A DNA stretch of 33,818 nt from positions 1 through 33,818 of the forward strand of contig JBKJLC010000059.1 in NCBI GenBank assembly GCA_046597055.1, written 5' to 3'. The position numbers and the translations under genes are program-made. Below, one piece after another: positions 1 through 9,747 of the stretch; position 1 is the first letter of the stretch, and each line of letters opens with the position of its first letter. This DNA comes from Kofleriaceae bacterium (GTDB lineage Bacteria; Myxococcota_A; Polyangia; Haliangiales; Haliangiaceae). Under the pieces are notes generated by a model. It saw only the letters and a program-made list of their open reading frames with translations. It was not told the DNA's origin and searched no databases.

Positions 1-1
1 C

Positions 2-1390
2 GAGGCGATCAACGCCAAGCGCATCGTCTTTGACGGCATCGACGTGCTCTTGCATCTGCTCGACGATCCGGTGGCCGTGCGACGCGAGATCTATCGCATT
101 CGCGATTGGCTGCGCGAGACCGGGCTCACCGGCATCATCACGCAGAAGGTGAGCAGCCAGGACCACGATCAGGACAGCCACTTTGGCTTTCTGCAGTTCA
201 TGGTGGATTGCGTGATCGTGCTGCGCCACCAGGTGTTGGACGGCTCGGCGTTCCGCAACCTGCGCGTCGTGAAGTACCGCGGCTCGGGCTTCGCCGGCGA
301 CGAGTTCCCGATCACCCTCAGCGGCGCGGGCATGCAGCTGACCAACCGCGGCCCGACCGAGCTGGTCTACCCGGTCACCAACGAGCGGGTCTCGAGCGGC
401 CTGGTCCGGCTCGATCACATGCTGAACGGTGGCTACCACCGCGGCAGCAACGTCCTCATCTCGGGGGCCCCGGGCACCGCCAAGTCGACCTTGTCCGGGA
501 TGTTCGCGGCGGCCGCTTGCAAGCGCGGCGAGCGCACCTTGTACGTGAGCTTCGACGAGGGCGCCGCGCAGATCACGCGCAACCTGCGCTCGGTCGGCAT
601 CCAGCTCGCGCCCCACGTCAAGTCGGGCCTGCTCGGCATGTACTCGACGCGGACCCGCGGGCCCAACGTCGTCGACCAGTTCGGCGCCCTGCGCGACAAG
701 GTGCGCTCGTTCAAGCCGCGCTGCCTGGTGATCGATCCGCTGTCGGCGCTGTCGACCAAGCTCGCGCACCTGCCGTCGGCGGACGCGGCCCAGCAGTTCC
801 TGGATTTCCTCAAGGGCGAGGGGATCACGGTGGTGAACACGTCGCTGATGGATGGCGTGAGCACCGACGAGGCGACCGCTACCGGCATCTCGACCATCGC
901 CGACACCTGGATCCACCTATCGTACGTCGTCCAGGATGGCGAACGGAACCGCGCGCTGACCATCGTGAAGTCGCGCGGCACCGGCCACTCCAACCAGGTC
1001 CGCGAGCTGAAGCTATCGGACGACGGGGTGACGCTCACCGACGTGTTCATCGCGCACGGCCGGGTGCTGATGGGGGTCGCGCGCTGGGAGTGGGAGCAAG
1101 AAGAGCGGGCGGCCAAGCAGCGAGCCCAGGTCGCGACCGAGCTCAAGCGGCTGCAGCTGGAGCTCGCGCAGGCCGAGGCGGCCGCCCGGCTCCAGGTGGT
1201 GCAGACCGAGATGGAGGCGCGCAGCGCCGAGATCGCGGTGCTGGTCCAGGCCACCGGACGCGCGTCGGCCTTGCGGGTGACCGACCGCGCGGTGCTGCGC
1301 AAGATGCGCCATGCCGACGCGGAGGTTGGCGGTGGCCGGACGCGGACCGGGGCCGCCCTGGCCAGGCCCAAGCCCCGCGAGCGGCGCTGA
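2..1390 (+). CDS. kaiC: Circadian clock protein KaiC (5' partial; begins before window)
   Basis: Frame open from base 2 (EAINAKRIVFDGID). Second RecA-like domain has Walker A GAPGTAKS and ISTIADTW phosphosite motif; KYRGS and KSRGT motifs; C-terminal coiled-coil-like tail; followed by kaiB. Confidence 0.93.
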   Translation, partial: EAINAKRIVFDGIDVLLHLLDDPVAVRREIYRIRDWLRETGLTGIITQKVSSQDHDQDSHFGFLQFMVDCVIVLRHQVLDGSAFRNLRVVKYRGSGFAGDEFPITLSGAGMQLTNRGPTELVYPVTNERVSSGLVRLDHMLNGGYHRGSNVLISGAPGTAKSTLSGMFAAAACKRGERTLYVSFDEGAAQITRNLRSVGIQLAPHVKSGLLGMYSTRTRGPNVVDQFGALRDKVRSFKPRCLVIDPLSALSTKLAHLPSADAAQQFLDFLKGEGITVVNTSLMDGVSTDEATATGISTIADTWIHLSYVVQDGERNRALTIVKSRGTGHSNQVRELKLSDDGVTLTDVFIAHGRVLMGVARWEWEQEERAAKQRAQVATELKRLQLELAQAEAAARLQVVQTEMEARSAEIAVLVQATGRASALRVTDRAVLRKMRHADAEVGGGRTRTGAALARPKPRERR

Positions 1391-1683
1391 TGGCGGCCCG
1401 GCGGCGGCGGCGGCAGCCCGGGCTCCGGCTGCGACTCTACGTCGCCGGCAACGCCCCCAACTCGCTGCGCGCGGTCGCCAACGCCACCGCGATGTGCGCG
1501 ACGCACTTCGCGTCCGCGTACGAGCTCGAGGTCGTCGATCTGCTCGAGCATCCGGCGCGCGGGCTGGTCGACGGCATCATCGTGACGCCGACGCTGATCC
1601 GGCTGGCGCCGCTGCCGGTCCGGAGGATCATCGGCAACCTCAGCGACGCCGACGCGGTGAGGCTGGCCATGGTGGACAAGTGA
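1390..1683 (+). CDS. kaiB: Circadian clock protein KaiB (97 aa)
   Basis: LRLYVAGNAPNSLRA...LEVVDLLEHP...IIVTPTLIRLAPLPVRRIIGNLS is the KaiB signature; ATG overlaps the kaiC stop (TGATG). Confidence 0.93.
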   Translation: MAARRRRRQPGLRLRLYVAGNAPNSLRAVANATAMCATHFASAYELEVVDLLEHPARGLVDGIIVTPTLIRLAPLPVRRIIGNLSDADAVRLAMVDK

Positions 1684-4600
1684 GCCCGCGCAGCGTGCCA
1701 GCCACGCTCGATCCGGACGACCTGCGCCGCGTCAACGCCGCGCTGCGCAAGCACAACCTGCAGCTCCAGCGCCGCGCCGAGGACGCCGAGCAGGCGCTGG
1801 CGGCGATCGCCCGCGGCGAGGTCGACGCGGTCACCGTCGCCGGGACCACCACGCCGGTGCTGCTCCAGGCTGCCCAGGCCAGCCTGCGGCACAGCGAGCT
1901 GCTGCTGCGGAGCGTCTTCGACGGCGCGCTCGATGCGATGCTGCTGGCGGACGACGTCGGCGTCTACGTCGACGCCAACCCGGCCGCCTGCGAGCTGTTC
2001 GGGCTACCGCGGGCCCAGCTGCTCGGCCGCAGCATCGCCGAGTTTGCGGCGCCGGGCTACGACGGGGCCGCTGCCTACCAGGCCTTCCGCACCCACGGCC
2101 ACGTGCGCGGGCGGTTCCCGCTGATCCGGCCCGACGGCGGCCGGCGCGAGCTGGACTACAGCGCGGTGGCGGGGGTCGCGCCCGGGCTCAACCTGTCGGT
2201 GCTGCGGGACATCACCGACCGGATCGAGGCGGAGGCGGCGCTGCGACGCAGCGAGACCCGGTTTCGCGCGATGATCGAGAAGGGCTCCGAGGCCATCTCG
2301 CTCACCGCCGCCGACGGGACCACCCACTACATGAGCCCGGCCGCGGTCCGCCTGCTCGGCTGGAGCCCGGGCGACGCGGGCGAGACCGACCAGGGCGGGA
2401 TGTTCGCGCAGGTCGCGCCCGAGGACCGGCTCCGGGCCAGCGCCGAGCTGGCGCGGCTGGTGCGCGGCGAGGTCCGCGAGACGACGGTGGAGATGGCGGT
2501 CCACCATCGCGACGGCTCGGAGCTCTGGCTGGAGGTGTCGGGCACCAACCTGCTCGACGACCCCGACGTGGGCGCCGTGGTCGCAAACTTCCGCGACATC
2601 ACCGTGCGCCGGCAGTTCGAGCAGGCCATGCGGGAGAGCGAGCTGCGCTACCGGCGGCTCATCGAAGATCTGCCGGAACCGGTGCTGGTTCATGTCGACG
2701 GCAAGATCGCGTACGCCAACCTGGCCAGCGCAAAGATCGCGGGGCTGACCGACCCCGGCCAGCTAGTTGGGCAGGCGATCCTCGACTTCGCCACCCCGGC
2801 CACCCGCACGCAGCTGGAGGCGCGCCGGGTGGCGCAGGCGGCGGGGGAGCCGCTCCAGCTCGCCGAGCAGACCTTCGTGCGCCCCCACGACGGGCGCGAG
2901 ATTCACGTCGAGGTCAAGACGGTCTCGGTGGTGTTCGAGGGCCGGCCCGCGACGCTCAGCATCGGGCGCGACATCACCGAGCGCGTGGCCTCGCAGCGGG
3001 TGGCCACCACCTCGCTCCGCGAGGCTGACCTGGGGCGGCGCCGGCTCGAGGCCGTGCTCGCCGCGCTGCCGGTCGGCGTCTGGCTGGCCGACGCGACCGG
3101 TCAGCTCACCCAGTCCAACCCGGCGGCGGCGCGCATCTGGGGCGGTCGGGCGCCGTCCGACCCGGATCGGCCCAGCGACGGGACCGCCGGGCCCGGCTGG
3201 CCCGAGCCCGGGACCACGCTCGACGGCGTGGGCCAGGCGCTGGCGCGGACCGTCGCGACCGGCCAGACCGTCGTCGCCGAGGCGATCGAGATCGAGCGCT
3301 TCGACGGGTCCCGCGGCCACGCCCTCAACTCCAGCGGGCCGATCCTCGACGACCAGGGCCACGTCGTCGGCGGCGTGGTCGTCATGATCGACGTGACCGA
3401 GGCGCACGACGCGATGCACGAGCGCGAGCGCCTGATCACCTCGCTCGAGTTCGAGCGCCGGCGCCTCGGCATCCTGCTCGAACGGGCGCCGGCGTTCATC
3501 GCCGTCGTGCGGGGTCCGGCCCACGTGGTCGAGTTCGTGAACGAGGCCTTCGTGCTGGCGACCGGCGGGGGTCCGCTGGTCGGACACGCGCTGGCCGACG
3601 CGGTGCCCGAGCTCGCCGGACCCGGAGCGATCGCGATGTTCGACCGCGTGCTGGCGACCGGCGAGCCGCTCGCCGCCGACGGGGTCGCCCTGACGCTGGT
3701 GCGCCGGGCCGGGGCGGCCCCGGAGCGGTGCTACGTCAACTATGTGTGCCAGGCGATCGCCGAGGCCGACGGCTCGCGGAGCGGGGTGTTCCTGCACGGC
3801 GTCGACGTGACCGACGCCACGGTCGCGCAGCAGCGGGTCCGGGCCCAGTTCCATGGCGTGCCGGTGCCGACCTACGTGTGGCAACGCATCGAGCGCGAGG
3901 GCGTGCGCCAGTTCGTGCTGGTGGACTACAACCAGGCGGCGCTCGCGATCTCGGACGGGCAGATCGCCGACCATCTCGGGACCTCGGCCGAGCGCTTCTT
4001 CTCCGACGCTCCGGAGGTCGTCGAGGAGCTCGAGCGCTGTCTCGACCAGGGCAGCACGATCCAACGTGAGCTCGACCGGACCCTGCGGACGACCGGCAAG
4101 ACCCGGCGGCTGTTCGTCACCTACGCGTCGGCGCCGCCCGACCTGGTCATCGTCCACACCGCGGACGTGACCGAGCGAAGCCGGCTCGAGCAGCAGCTGC
4201 GGCAGGCGCAGAAGATGGAGGCGGTCGGCCGGCTCGCCGGCGGCGTCGCCCACGACTTCAACAACCTGCTGTCGGTGATCCTGAGCTATGTCCACCTGGC
4301 GATCGAGAGCCTGCTGCCGGCCGACCCCCTGCGCGACGACCTGGTGGAGATCCAGACCGCCGGTCAGCGGGCCACCGACCTGACCCGGCAGCTCCTCGCG
4401 TTCAGCCGGCAGCAGGTCCTTCAGCCGCGGGTGATCGATCTGTCGGAGGTCGTGGCCGGCATGGCCTCCATGCTGGGGCGCCTGCTCGGCGAGGACGTGG
4501 CGGTCACGATCGACCGTGGTCCGAGCCCCGGCCGGGTGCTCGCCGATCCGGGTCAGATCGAGCAGGTGGTGATGAACCTGGCGGTCAACGCCCGCGATGC

Positions 4601-5327
4601 GATGCCCGACGGCGGCAGCCTCGACCTGGCGCTCGCCACCGTGGAGCTGACCGCCGGCGATGCCAGCGCGCTGGCTCTGACCCCGGGGCCGTACGTCGTG
4701 CTCGCCGTGCGCGACTCCGGGGCCGGGATGGATGCGGCCACTCGCGCGCGCATCTTCGAGCCGTTCTTCACGACCAAGGAGCAGGGCCGGGGCACCGGGC
4801 TTGGCCTCTCGATGGTGTTCGGCATCGTCGAGCAGAGTGGTGGCCACGTGGGCGTGGTCAGCGAGCCAGGCCACGGCAGCACCTTCATCATCCATCTTCC
4901 CATGACCGACCGCGTCCCCGAGGGCGCGGCGCGGTCGACCGCCGTCCGGGCCAACGGCGGCTCGGAGACGATCCTGCTCGTCGAGGACGAGGATCAGGTC
5001 CGCGCGGTGGCGTGCGCCATCCTGCGGCGGCAGGGCTATCACGTCCTCGAGGCCTCGAACGGCGACGAGGCGGTCGTGGTGTCGGCGGGCTTCGACGCCA
5101 GGATCGAGCTGCTGCTGACCGACGTGGTGATGCCGCGCATGAACGGCCGCAAGCTGGCCGAGCGGCTGGCCGGCGCCCGACCCGAGATGAAGGTGCTGTT
5201 CGCGTCCGGCTATACCGACGACGCGATCGTCCACCACGGCGTGCTGGCCGAGGGCGTGAGCTTCCTGCAGAAGCCGTTCACGCCCGACGCGCTCTCGCGC
5301 AAGGTGCGCCAGGTCCTCGATGGGTGA
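1680..5327 (+). CDS. Multi-PAS hybrid sensor histidine kinase / response regulator
   Basis: GTG overlaps kaiB stop (GTGA). Several PAS/PAC repeats ending in RDIT/DVT; H-box AHDFNNLL; N-box [23 protein letters not shown]-terminal receiver ([17 protein letters not shown]). Confidence 0.92.
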   Translation: MSPRSVPATLDPDDLRRVNAALRKHNLQLQRRAEDAEQALAAIARGEVDAVTVAGTTTPVLLQAAQASLRHSELLLRSVFDGALDAMLLADDVGVYVDANPAACELFGLPRAQLLGRSIAEFAAPGYDGAAAYQAFRTHGHVRGRFPLIRPDGGRRELDYSAVAGVAPGLNLSVLRDITDRIEAEAALRRSETRFRAMIEKGSEAISLTAADGTTHYMSPAAVRLLGWSPGDAGETDQGGMFAQVAPEDRLRASAELARLVRGEVRETTVEMAVHHRDGSELWLEVSGTNLLDDPDVGAVVANFRDITVRRQFEQAMRESELRYRRLIEDLPEPVLVHVDGKIAYANLASAKIAGLTDPGQLVGQAILDFATPATRTQLEARRVAQAAGEPLQLAEQTFVRPHDGREIHVEVKTVSVVFEGRPATLSIGRDITERVASQRVATTSLREADLGRRRLEAVLAALPVGVWLADATGQLTQSNPAAARIWGGRAPSDPDRPSDGTAGPGWPEPGTTLDGVGQALARTVATGQTVVAEAIEIERFDGSRGHALNSSGPILDDQGHVVGGVVVMIDVTEAHDAMHERERLITSLEFERRRLGILLERAPAFIAVVRGPAHVVEFVNEAFVLATGGGPLVGHALADAVPELAGPGAIAMFDRVLATGEPLAADGVALTLVRRAGAAPERCYVNYVCQAIAEADGSRSGVFLHGVDVTDATVAQQRVRAQFHGVPVPTYVWQRIEREGVRQFVLVDYNQAALAISDGQIADHLGTSAERFFSDAPEVVEELERCLDQGSTIQRELDRTLRTTGKTRRLFVTYASAPPDLVIVHTADVTERSRLEQQLRQAQKMEAVGRLAGGVAHDFNNLLSVILSYVHLAIESLLPADPLRDDLVEIQTAGQRATDLTRQLLAFSRQQVLQPRVIDLSEVVAGMASMLGRLLGEDVAVTIDRGPSPGRVLADPGQIEQVVMNLAVNARDAMPDGGSLDLALATVELTAGDASALALTPGPYVVLAVRDSGAGMDAATRARIFEPFFTTKEQGRGTGLGLSMVFGIVEQSGGHVGVVSEPGHGSTFIIHLPMTDRVPEGAARSTAVRANGGSETILLVEDEDQVRAVACAILRRQGYHVLEASNGDEAVVVSAGFDARIELLLTDVVMPRMNGRKLAERLAGARPEMKVLFASGYTDDAIVHHGVLAEGVSFLQKPFTPDALSRKVRQVLDG

Positions 5328-5357
5328 GCCCGGGCCCCGCGCCTTTGACACCGGCCG

Positions 5358-6122
5358 TCAGCCGTCGACGAGGATCGACAGACAGGTCAGCGAGCCGTCC
5401 GCCTTGCGGACCTCGGAGGTCGGCACCGCATGCACCGTGAAGCCGGCGGCCTCGAGCGCCGCGCGGGTGCGGGGGAAGCCGTCGGAGATGATCACGCCGC
5501 CGCCGACGGCGACCGCGTTGGCGGCGTAGGTCTCGGCGACCGGCACCCACACGACGTCGGCGCCGGCGAACACGTCGGCCGCGAGCGCGCCCTCGGCGAG
5601 CAGGACCCGGTCGTCGCCGAGCGGGGCGCACACGCACTTCAGGTGGAGCACGTGCGCGGGCAGCGCGACCGGCACCACCCGGTAGCCGCGAGGTTCGAAC
5701 ACCTCGGCGGCGCGCGCGACCCCGGCGGCGTTGGTCCGCGCCGAGCGGCCCACGTAGATGGTCCGGCCCAGCCGCAGGCAGTCGCCGCCATCGAGCGTGG
5801 CCGGCGCCGGCATCCGCGCGAGCTCGACGGTCGCGGCCAGCGCGGCCGCGATCGCCGCGCCCTCGCCCTGACGCGACGGCGCGCCCGGCCGCGTGATCAG
5901 CGCGACCCCGCCGGCGACCAGCGCGGTGTCCTCGATGAAGCAGCAGTCGGGGCACGCCTCGTCGGCGTCGAGCACCGTCACCCGCAGCCCGAGCGCCGCC
6001 AGCGCCGCGCGGTAGCTGGCGTGCTGGGCGCGCGCGAGCCCGACGTCGATCGGCGGATCGGGCGGCACCGCCGACAGGGCGTGGACGAAGCTGGCGGGGA
6101 TCGATCGGGTGAGCGCGCGCAC
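5358..6122 (-). CDS. ddaH: Dimethylarginine dimethylaminohydrolase (dimethylargininase, amidinotransferase superfamily)
   Basis: FIEDTA, RPGAPSRQGE, LDGGD, LHLK and DGSLTCLS (catalytic Cys) motifs. Confidence 0.9.
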   Translation of the reverse strand: MRALTRSIPASFVHALSAVPPDPPIDVGLARAQHASYRAALAALGLRVTVLDADEACPDCCFIEDTALVAGGVALITRPGAPSRQGEGAAIAAALAATVELARMPAPATLDGGDCLRLGRTIYVGRSARTNAAGVARAAEVFEPRGYRVVPVALPAHVLHLKCVCAPLGDDRVLLAEGALAADVFAGADVVWVPVAETYAANAVAVGGGVIISDGFPRTRAALEAAGFTVHAVPTSEVRKADGSLTCLSILVDG

Positions 6123-6139
6123 GCGCCGACTCTACCCGG
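6073..6139. repeat. Direct repeat copy 1 (67 bp; exact 49-bp core 6077-6125), covering the ddaH start and putative -10 box
   Basis: Aligns to 9624-9690 with 4 mismatches (manual alignment). Confidence 0.92.
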
Positions 6140-6267
6140 CCGCCCGACGGTGCTGCGGGTTACCAGCGCGCGATGATCGAACCCGCCCAGCCCGACGACG
6201 CGCGCGACGCCCTCTCACGGTCGCGCCGGGTGTCGGTCGCTCGACACGATCGGAAGCGAACTCGCGG

Positions 6268-6693
6268 TCAGCCGGGATCAGCCGCGTCGGCCAGACGCGC
6301 CTGCTCGATCGCGTCCCTCAGCGCGCGCAGCATCTGGTCGGGGGCGCATGGCTTGACGAGGAAACGGAAGATATCCCCCTCATCCACGGCCGCAATCGCA
6401 CCGTCGAGGTTCCCATTCCCGGTGAGCAGGACCCGTATGGTGTTGGGCGCGAGCACCCGGGCCTGGGCCAGAAACTGCGTGCCGTTCATGCCGGGCATGC
6501 CGAAGTCCGAGACGACCACGGTGAACGGGCCGAGATTGGTGAGCGCCTCGGCTCCGGCGGCCCCGCTCCCCGCGGTCACGATGTCGAAATGGCGCCGCAG
6601 CACGTTGGCGAGCGCGGCCAGGACCTGCGGATCGTCATCCACGCACAGTATGCGCGGGCGGGGTCGTGCCGGCTCCGTCCCTGAATTCAGCAT
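6268..6693 (-). CDS. Single-domain response regulator
   Basis: ILCVDDD, VVSDFGMPGMNG, LLTG and FLVKP receiver motifs; no output domain. Confidence 0.85.
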   Translation of the reverse strand: MLNSGTEPARPRPRILCVDDDPQVLAALANVLRRHFDIVTAGSGAAGAEALTNLGPFTVVVSDFGMPGMNGTQFLAQARVLAPNTIRVLLTGNGNLDGAIAAVDEGDIFRFLVKPCAPDQMLRALRDAIEQARLADAADPG

Positions 6694-6836
6694 TGGTATC
6701 CCCTTCTCTCGCCGTCGCTCTCCGTCTCTCTTCGACCGCGACGGGTGGATGTCGAGACCCGCTCACGAGGTTTCCGGATTATCGGGGACGGATGCGGCCC
6801 TCAAGGTCGCCGGCGAACGGCCGAACCTGCTGCTCG

Positions 6837-7997
6837 ATGGATGTTTCGGCCAAGCCTCGCGTGCTCTTCGTCGACGACGAGGTCCAGGTGCTCGAGAGCA
6901 TGGCGGTCAACCTGCGTCGCCGCTTCACGGTCGCCACCGCCACCAGTGGCGCGGCCGCGCTCGCCCAGCTCGCCGAGGGACCGGCGCCGAGCGCGATCAT
7001 CAGCGACATGAAGATGCCGGGCATGGACGGCGCCACGTTCCTGGCCGCGGCCCGGACGGTGGTTCCCGACGCGATGCGGGTGCTGCTCACCGGCAAGGCC
7101 GACATCACCTCGGCGATCGCCGCGATCAACGATGGCCAGATCTTCCGCTTCCTCACCAAGCCGTGTGCGCTGCCGGCGCTGATCACCACGCTCGACGCCG
7201 CGGTCACGCAGCACCGCCTGATCACTGCCGAGCGGGTCCTGCTCGAGGAGACCGTGCACGGATGCGTCAAGACCCTCACCGAGGTGCTGGCGCTCACCAA
7301 TCCGGTGGCCTTCGGCCGGGCAACGCGCATCAAGCATCGCGTCGCCGAGATCGCGACCGCGCTCGCTCTGCGTGAGCGCTGGCAGATCGAGGTCGCCGCC
7401 ATGCTGTCGCAGCTCGGCGCCATCGCCCTGCCGGCCGCGACCGCCGAGAAGCTCTACTTCGGCAAGCCGCTCTCGGCGGAGGAACAAGCGATGGTGGCGC
7501 GCGTGCCCGCGGTAACCGAGCAGCTGCTCGGCAACATCCCGCGTCTCGAGGAGGTCCGCGGAATCCTCGCGGCCTACCAGCGGGCCGCGAGGATCGAGAC
7601 CGATCCGATGCGGGCGAAGATCGAGTACGGCGCCGCGATCCTGCGGGCCGCGCTCGACTTCGACACGCTCGTCGCGCAAGGCTCGTCGTCCGAGGTTGCG
7701 ATCGCGGCGCTGCGCTCGCGCGGCGAGCGTCACGACGCCGGCGTCCTGGGCGCGCTGGCCGCGATGCACGGCGGGGGCCGGCCGGTGGAGATCGTCGAGG
7801 TGCGGGTGGCTAGCTTGCGCGTTGGCATGGTGCTCGCCGATGATGTCAAGCGCACCGACGGCCTTTTGATCCTGGCCCACGGCGTCGAGATCACGGCGAG
7901 CTTCATCGCGCACATGAAGAACTATCCCCACGGGACGGTCCGCGAGCCGATGCGAGTCATAGTCCGCCCCGAGCGCGGCGCGACCGCCACCCTCTGA
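6837..7997 (+). CDS. Response regulator with degenerate HD/HD-GYP-like output domain
   Basis: VLFVDDE, IISDMKMP, FLTKP receiver; output domain has AAMLSQLG where HD-GYP proteins have LHDIG. Start placed at ATG 6837. Confidence 0.8.
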   Translation: MDVSAKPRVLFVDDEVQVLESMAVNLRRRFTVATATSGAAALAQLAEGPAPSAIISDMKMPGMDGATFLAAARTVVPDAMRVLLTGKADITSAIAAINDGQIFRFLTKPCALPALITTLDAAVTQHRLITAERVLLEETVHGCVKTLTEVLALTNPVAFGRATRIKHRVAEIATALALRERWQIEVAAMLSQLGAIALPAATAEKLYFGKPLSAEEQAMVARVPAVTEQLLGNIPRLEEVRGILAAYQRAARIETDPMRAKIEYGAAILRAALDFDTLVAQGSSSEVAIAALRSRGERHDAGVLGALAAMHGGGRPVEIVEVRVASLRVGMVLADDVKRTDGLLILAHGVEITASFIAHMKNYPHGTVREPMRVIVRPERGATATL

Positions 7998-8182
7998 GCA
8001 GCCGGCGCTACCGATGCGGCCTATCGCGCCACTTTCCGTCGGTGTGATCCGACGACCGACCCCGCGCCGTCGGCGAGGCGTCCACGAACCCGCGCGAGAT
8101 CGACGTAGGCAACGTGCGCAACATCCTGAACACTGCGGTGGCGGTGATTGTCGACCCGGTCAAAACCCAAGCACCGGGACCC

Positions 8183-9625
8183 ATGACCTCTCGAGCTGAC
8201 CCGCAACCCAGGATCCTGGTGATCGACGACAACCCGTCAATCGTCGATCACTTCCGCAGGATCTTGGCCCAGAATGGCCGCGCGGCTGCCGTCGAGCTTG
8301 GCGCGCCCGAGGAAGCGTTGTTCGCTGTGCCGATGTCGAATCAGGCGCCCAGGGGCACCTTCGAGCTCGACACCGCGTCCCAGGGTCAGGAGGGCCTGAA
8401 CCGGCTGGTGGCAGCGTGTTCGGACGGCCGCCCGTACGCGGTCGCCTTTGTCGGCATGCGCATGCCACCCGGCTGGGACGGCCCTGAGACGATCGAGCGG
8501 CTCTGGCAGGTCGATCCCGCGCTCCAGATCGTGCTCTGCGCGGCTCACTCGGACCCCTCGTGGGAGGAGCTTCGAGCCCGCCTCGGCGAGCGGGACGGGC
8601 TGCTCGTCATCAAGAAGCCGTTCGATCCGATCGAGGTCGTGCAGTGTGCGCGAGCGCTCACCAGCAAGTGGCGGTTGGCCAGAGCGGCCGAGGCCCACCT
8701 CCACTTGCTCGAGGCGGCAGTGCGTGACCGCACCGCCGAGCTCAACGCTGCCAACCAGCAGCTGCTGGCCGAGATGCGCGAGCGGGGGCGGGTCGAAAGC
8801 GATCTGCGCCTTGCCCAGAAGCTCGAGGCGATCGGCCAGCTGGCCGCTGGCGTCGCCCACGAGATCAACACCCCCCTCCAGTTCGTCGGCGACAGCTTGT
8901 GCTTCGTGCGCGATAGCCTGAAGGACATGTTCGCCATGATCCGCGACCTGCGCACGGCCAGCGACCGGCCCGAGTTGACGGCTCGGTTCGACCAGCTCGC
9001 CGACACGATCGAGCTGCCGTACCTGGACGAGCACGTGCCGCTGGCGATCAGGCGGATCGAGGACGGCATCGGCCGGATCGCGGGGGTCGTGCAATCGATG
9101 AAGGAGTTCGCCCACGCTGGTCCACGGGATCTGCTGCCGGTCGACGTCAACCGCGCGCTCACGAACACGCTGCGGGTGACCGCGAACAACTACGAGTACG
9201 TCGCCGACCTCGAGGTCGAGCTGGTGCCGCTGCCGTCGGTGCTTGGCCACGCCGACGACCTCGAGCTGGTGTTCACCAACCTGATCGTCAACGCCGCACA
9301 CGCCCTCGAGGACCGGGTTGCCGCGGGCCGCGGGCGGGGCCGGTTGAAGGTCAGCACCCGCCTCGACCGTACCGACGTGGTGGTGTCGATCGCCGACGAC
9401 GGCGTCGGCATTCCCGTCGCGATCCAGGACCGCATCTTCGATGCGTTCTACACGACCAAGGAGGTTGGACGCGGCACCGGCCAGGGGCTCGGGATCTCGC
9501 GCCGGATCGTGGTCCAGATCCACGGTGGTGCGCTGACCTACGACACCGCGGTCGGCATCGGCACGACCTTCTACGTGCGCCTTCCGATCGAGCGCAGCGG
9601 ACGGCTGAAGCGCGAACAGCGCTGA
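8183..9625 (+). CDS. Hybrid histidine kinase with N-terminal pseudo-receiver
   Basis: ILVIDDN...MRMPPGWDG...KKPFD receiver-like domain; AHEINTPLQF H-box; NLIVNAAHA; FYTTKEVGRGTGQGL. Confidence 0.88.
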   Translation: MTSRADPQPRILVIDDNPSIVDHFRRILAQNGRAAAVELGAPEEALFAVPMSNQAPRGTFELDTASQGQEGLNRLVAACSDGRPYAVAFVGMRMPPGWDGPETIERLWQVDPALQIVLCAAHSDPSWEELRARLGERDGLLVIKKPFDPIEVVQCARALTSKWRLARAAEAHLHLLEAAVRDRTAELNAANQQLLAEMRERGRVESDLRLAQKLEAIGQLAAGVAHEINTPLQFVGDSLCFVRDSLKDMFAMIRDLRTASDRPELTARFDQLADTIELPYLDEHVPLAIRRIEDGIGRIAGVVQSMKEFAHAGPRDLLPVDVNRALTNTLRVTANNYEYVADLEVELVPLPSVLGHADDLELVFTNLIVNAAHALEDRVAAGRGRGRLKVSTRLDRTDVVVSIADDGVGIPVAIQDRIFDAFYTTKEVGRGTGQGLGISRRIVVQIHGGALTYDTAVGIGTTFYVRLPIERSGRLKREQR

Positions 9626-9690
9626 CCGGGCGTGGACGAAGCTGGCGGGGATCGATCGGGTGAGCGCGCGCACGCGACGACGCCACCCGG
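9624..9690. repeat. Direct repeat copy 2: orphan ddaH 5' fragment (exact core 9628-9676)
   Basis: Encodes MRALTRSIPASFVHA on the minus strand, identical to the DdaH N-terminus; begins at the kinase stop codon. Confidence 0.92.
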
Positions 9691-9747
9691 ATCCGGCCCG
9701 GGCCCCGCCGGCCGGCCATCGTCGGAGGTGCGTGCTACCACCGCGCG

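Noticed and set aside
2763..5351. Long antisense and alternative-frame ORFs (also 9571-11610, 11788-13236, 21627-23585, 31704-33689)
   Set aside because: These are GC-rich shadow frames over well-supported genes, with no recognisable motifs.
5328..5357. GCGCCTTTGACACCGG as a degenerate REP or terminator
   Set aside because: Weak single match without the partner end or a convincing stem.
8237..9673. 478-aa minus-strand ORF starting with the DdaH N-terminus
   Set aside because: Only the first 15 residues come from the duplication; the rest is the antisense shadow of the kinase gene.
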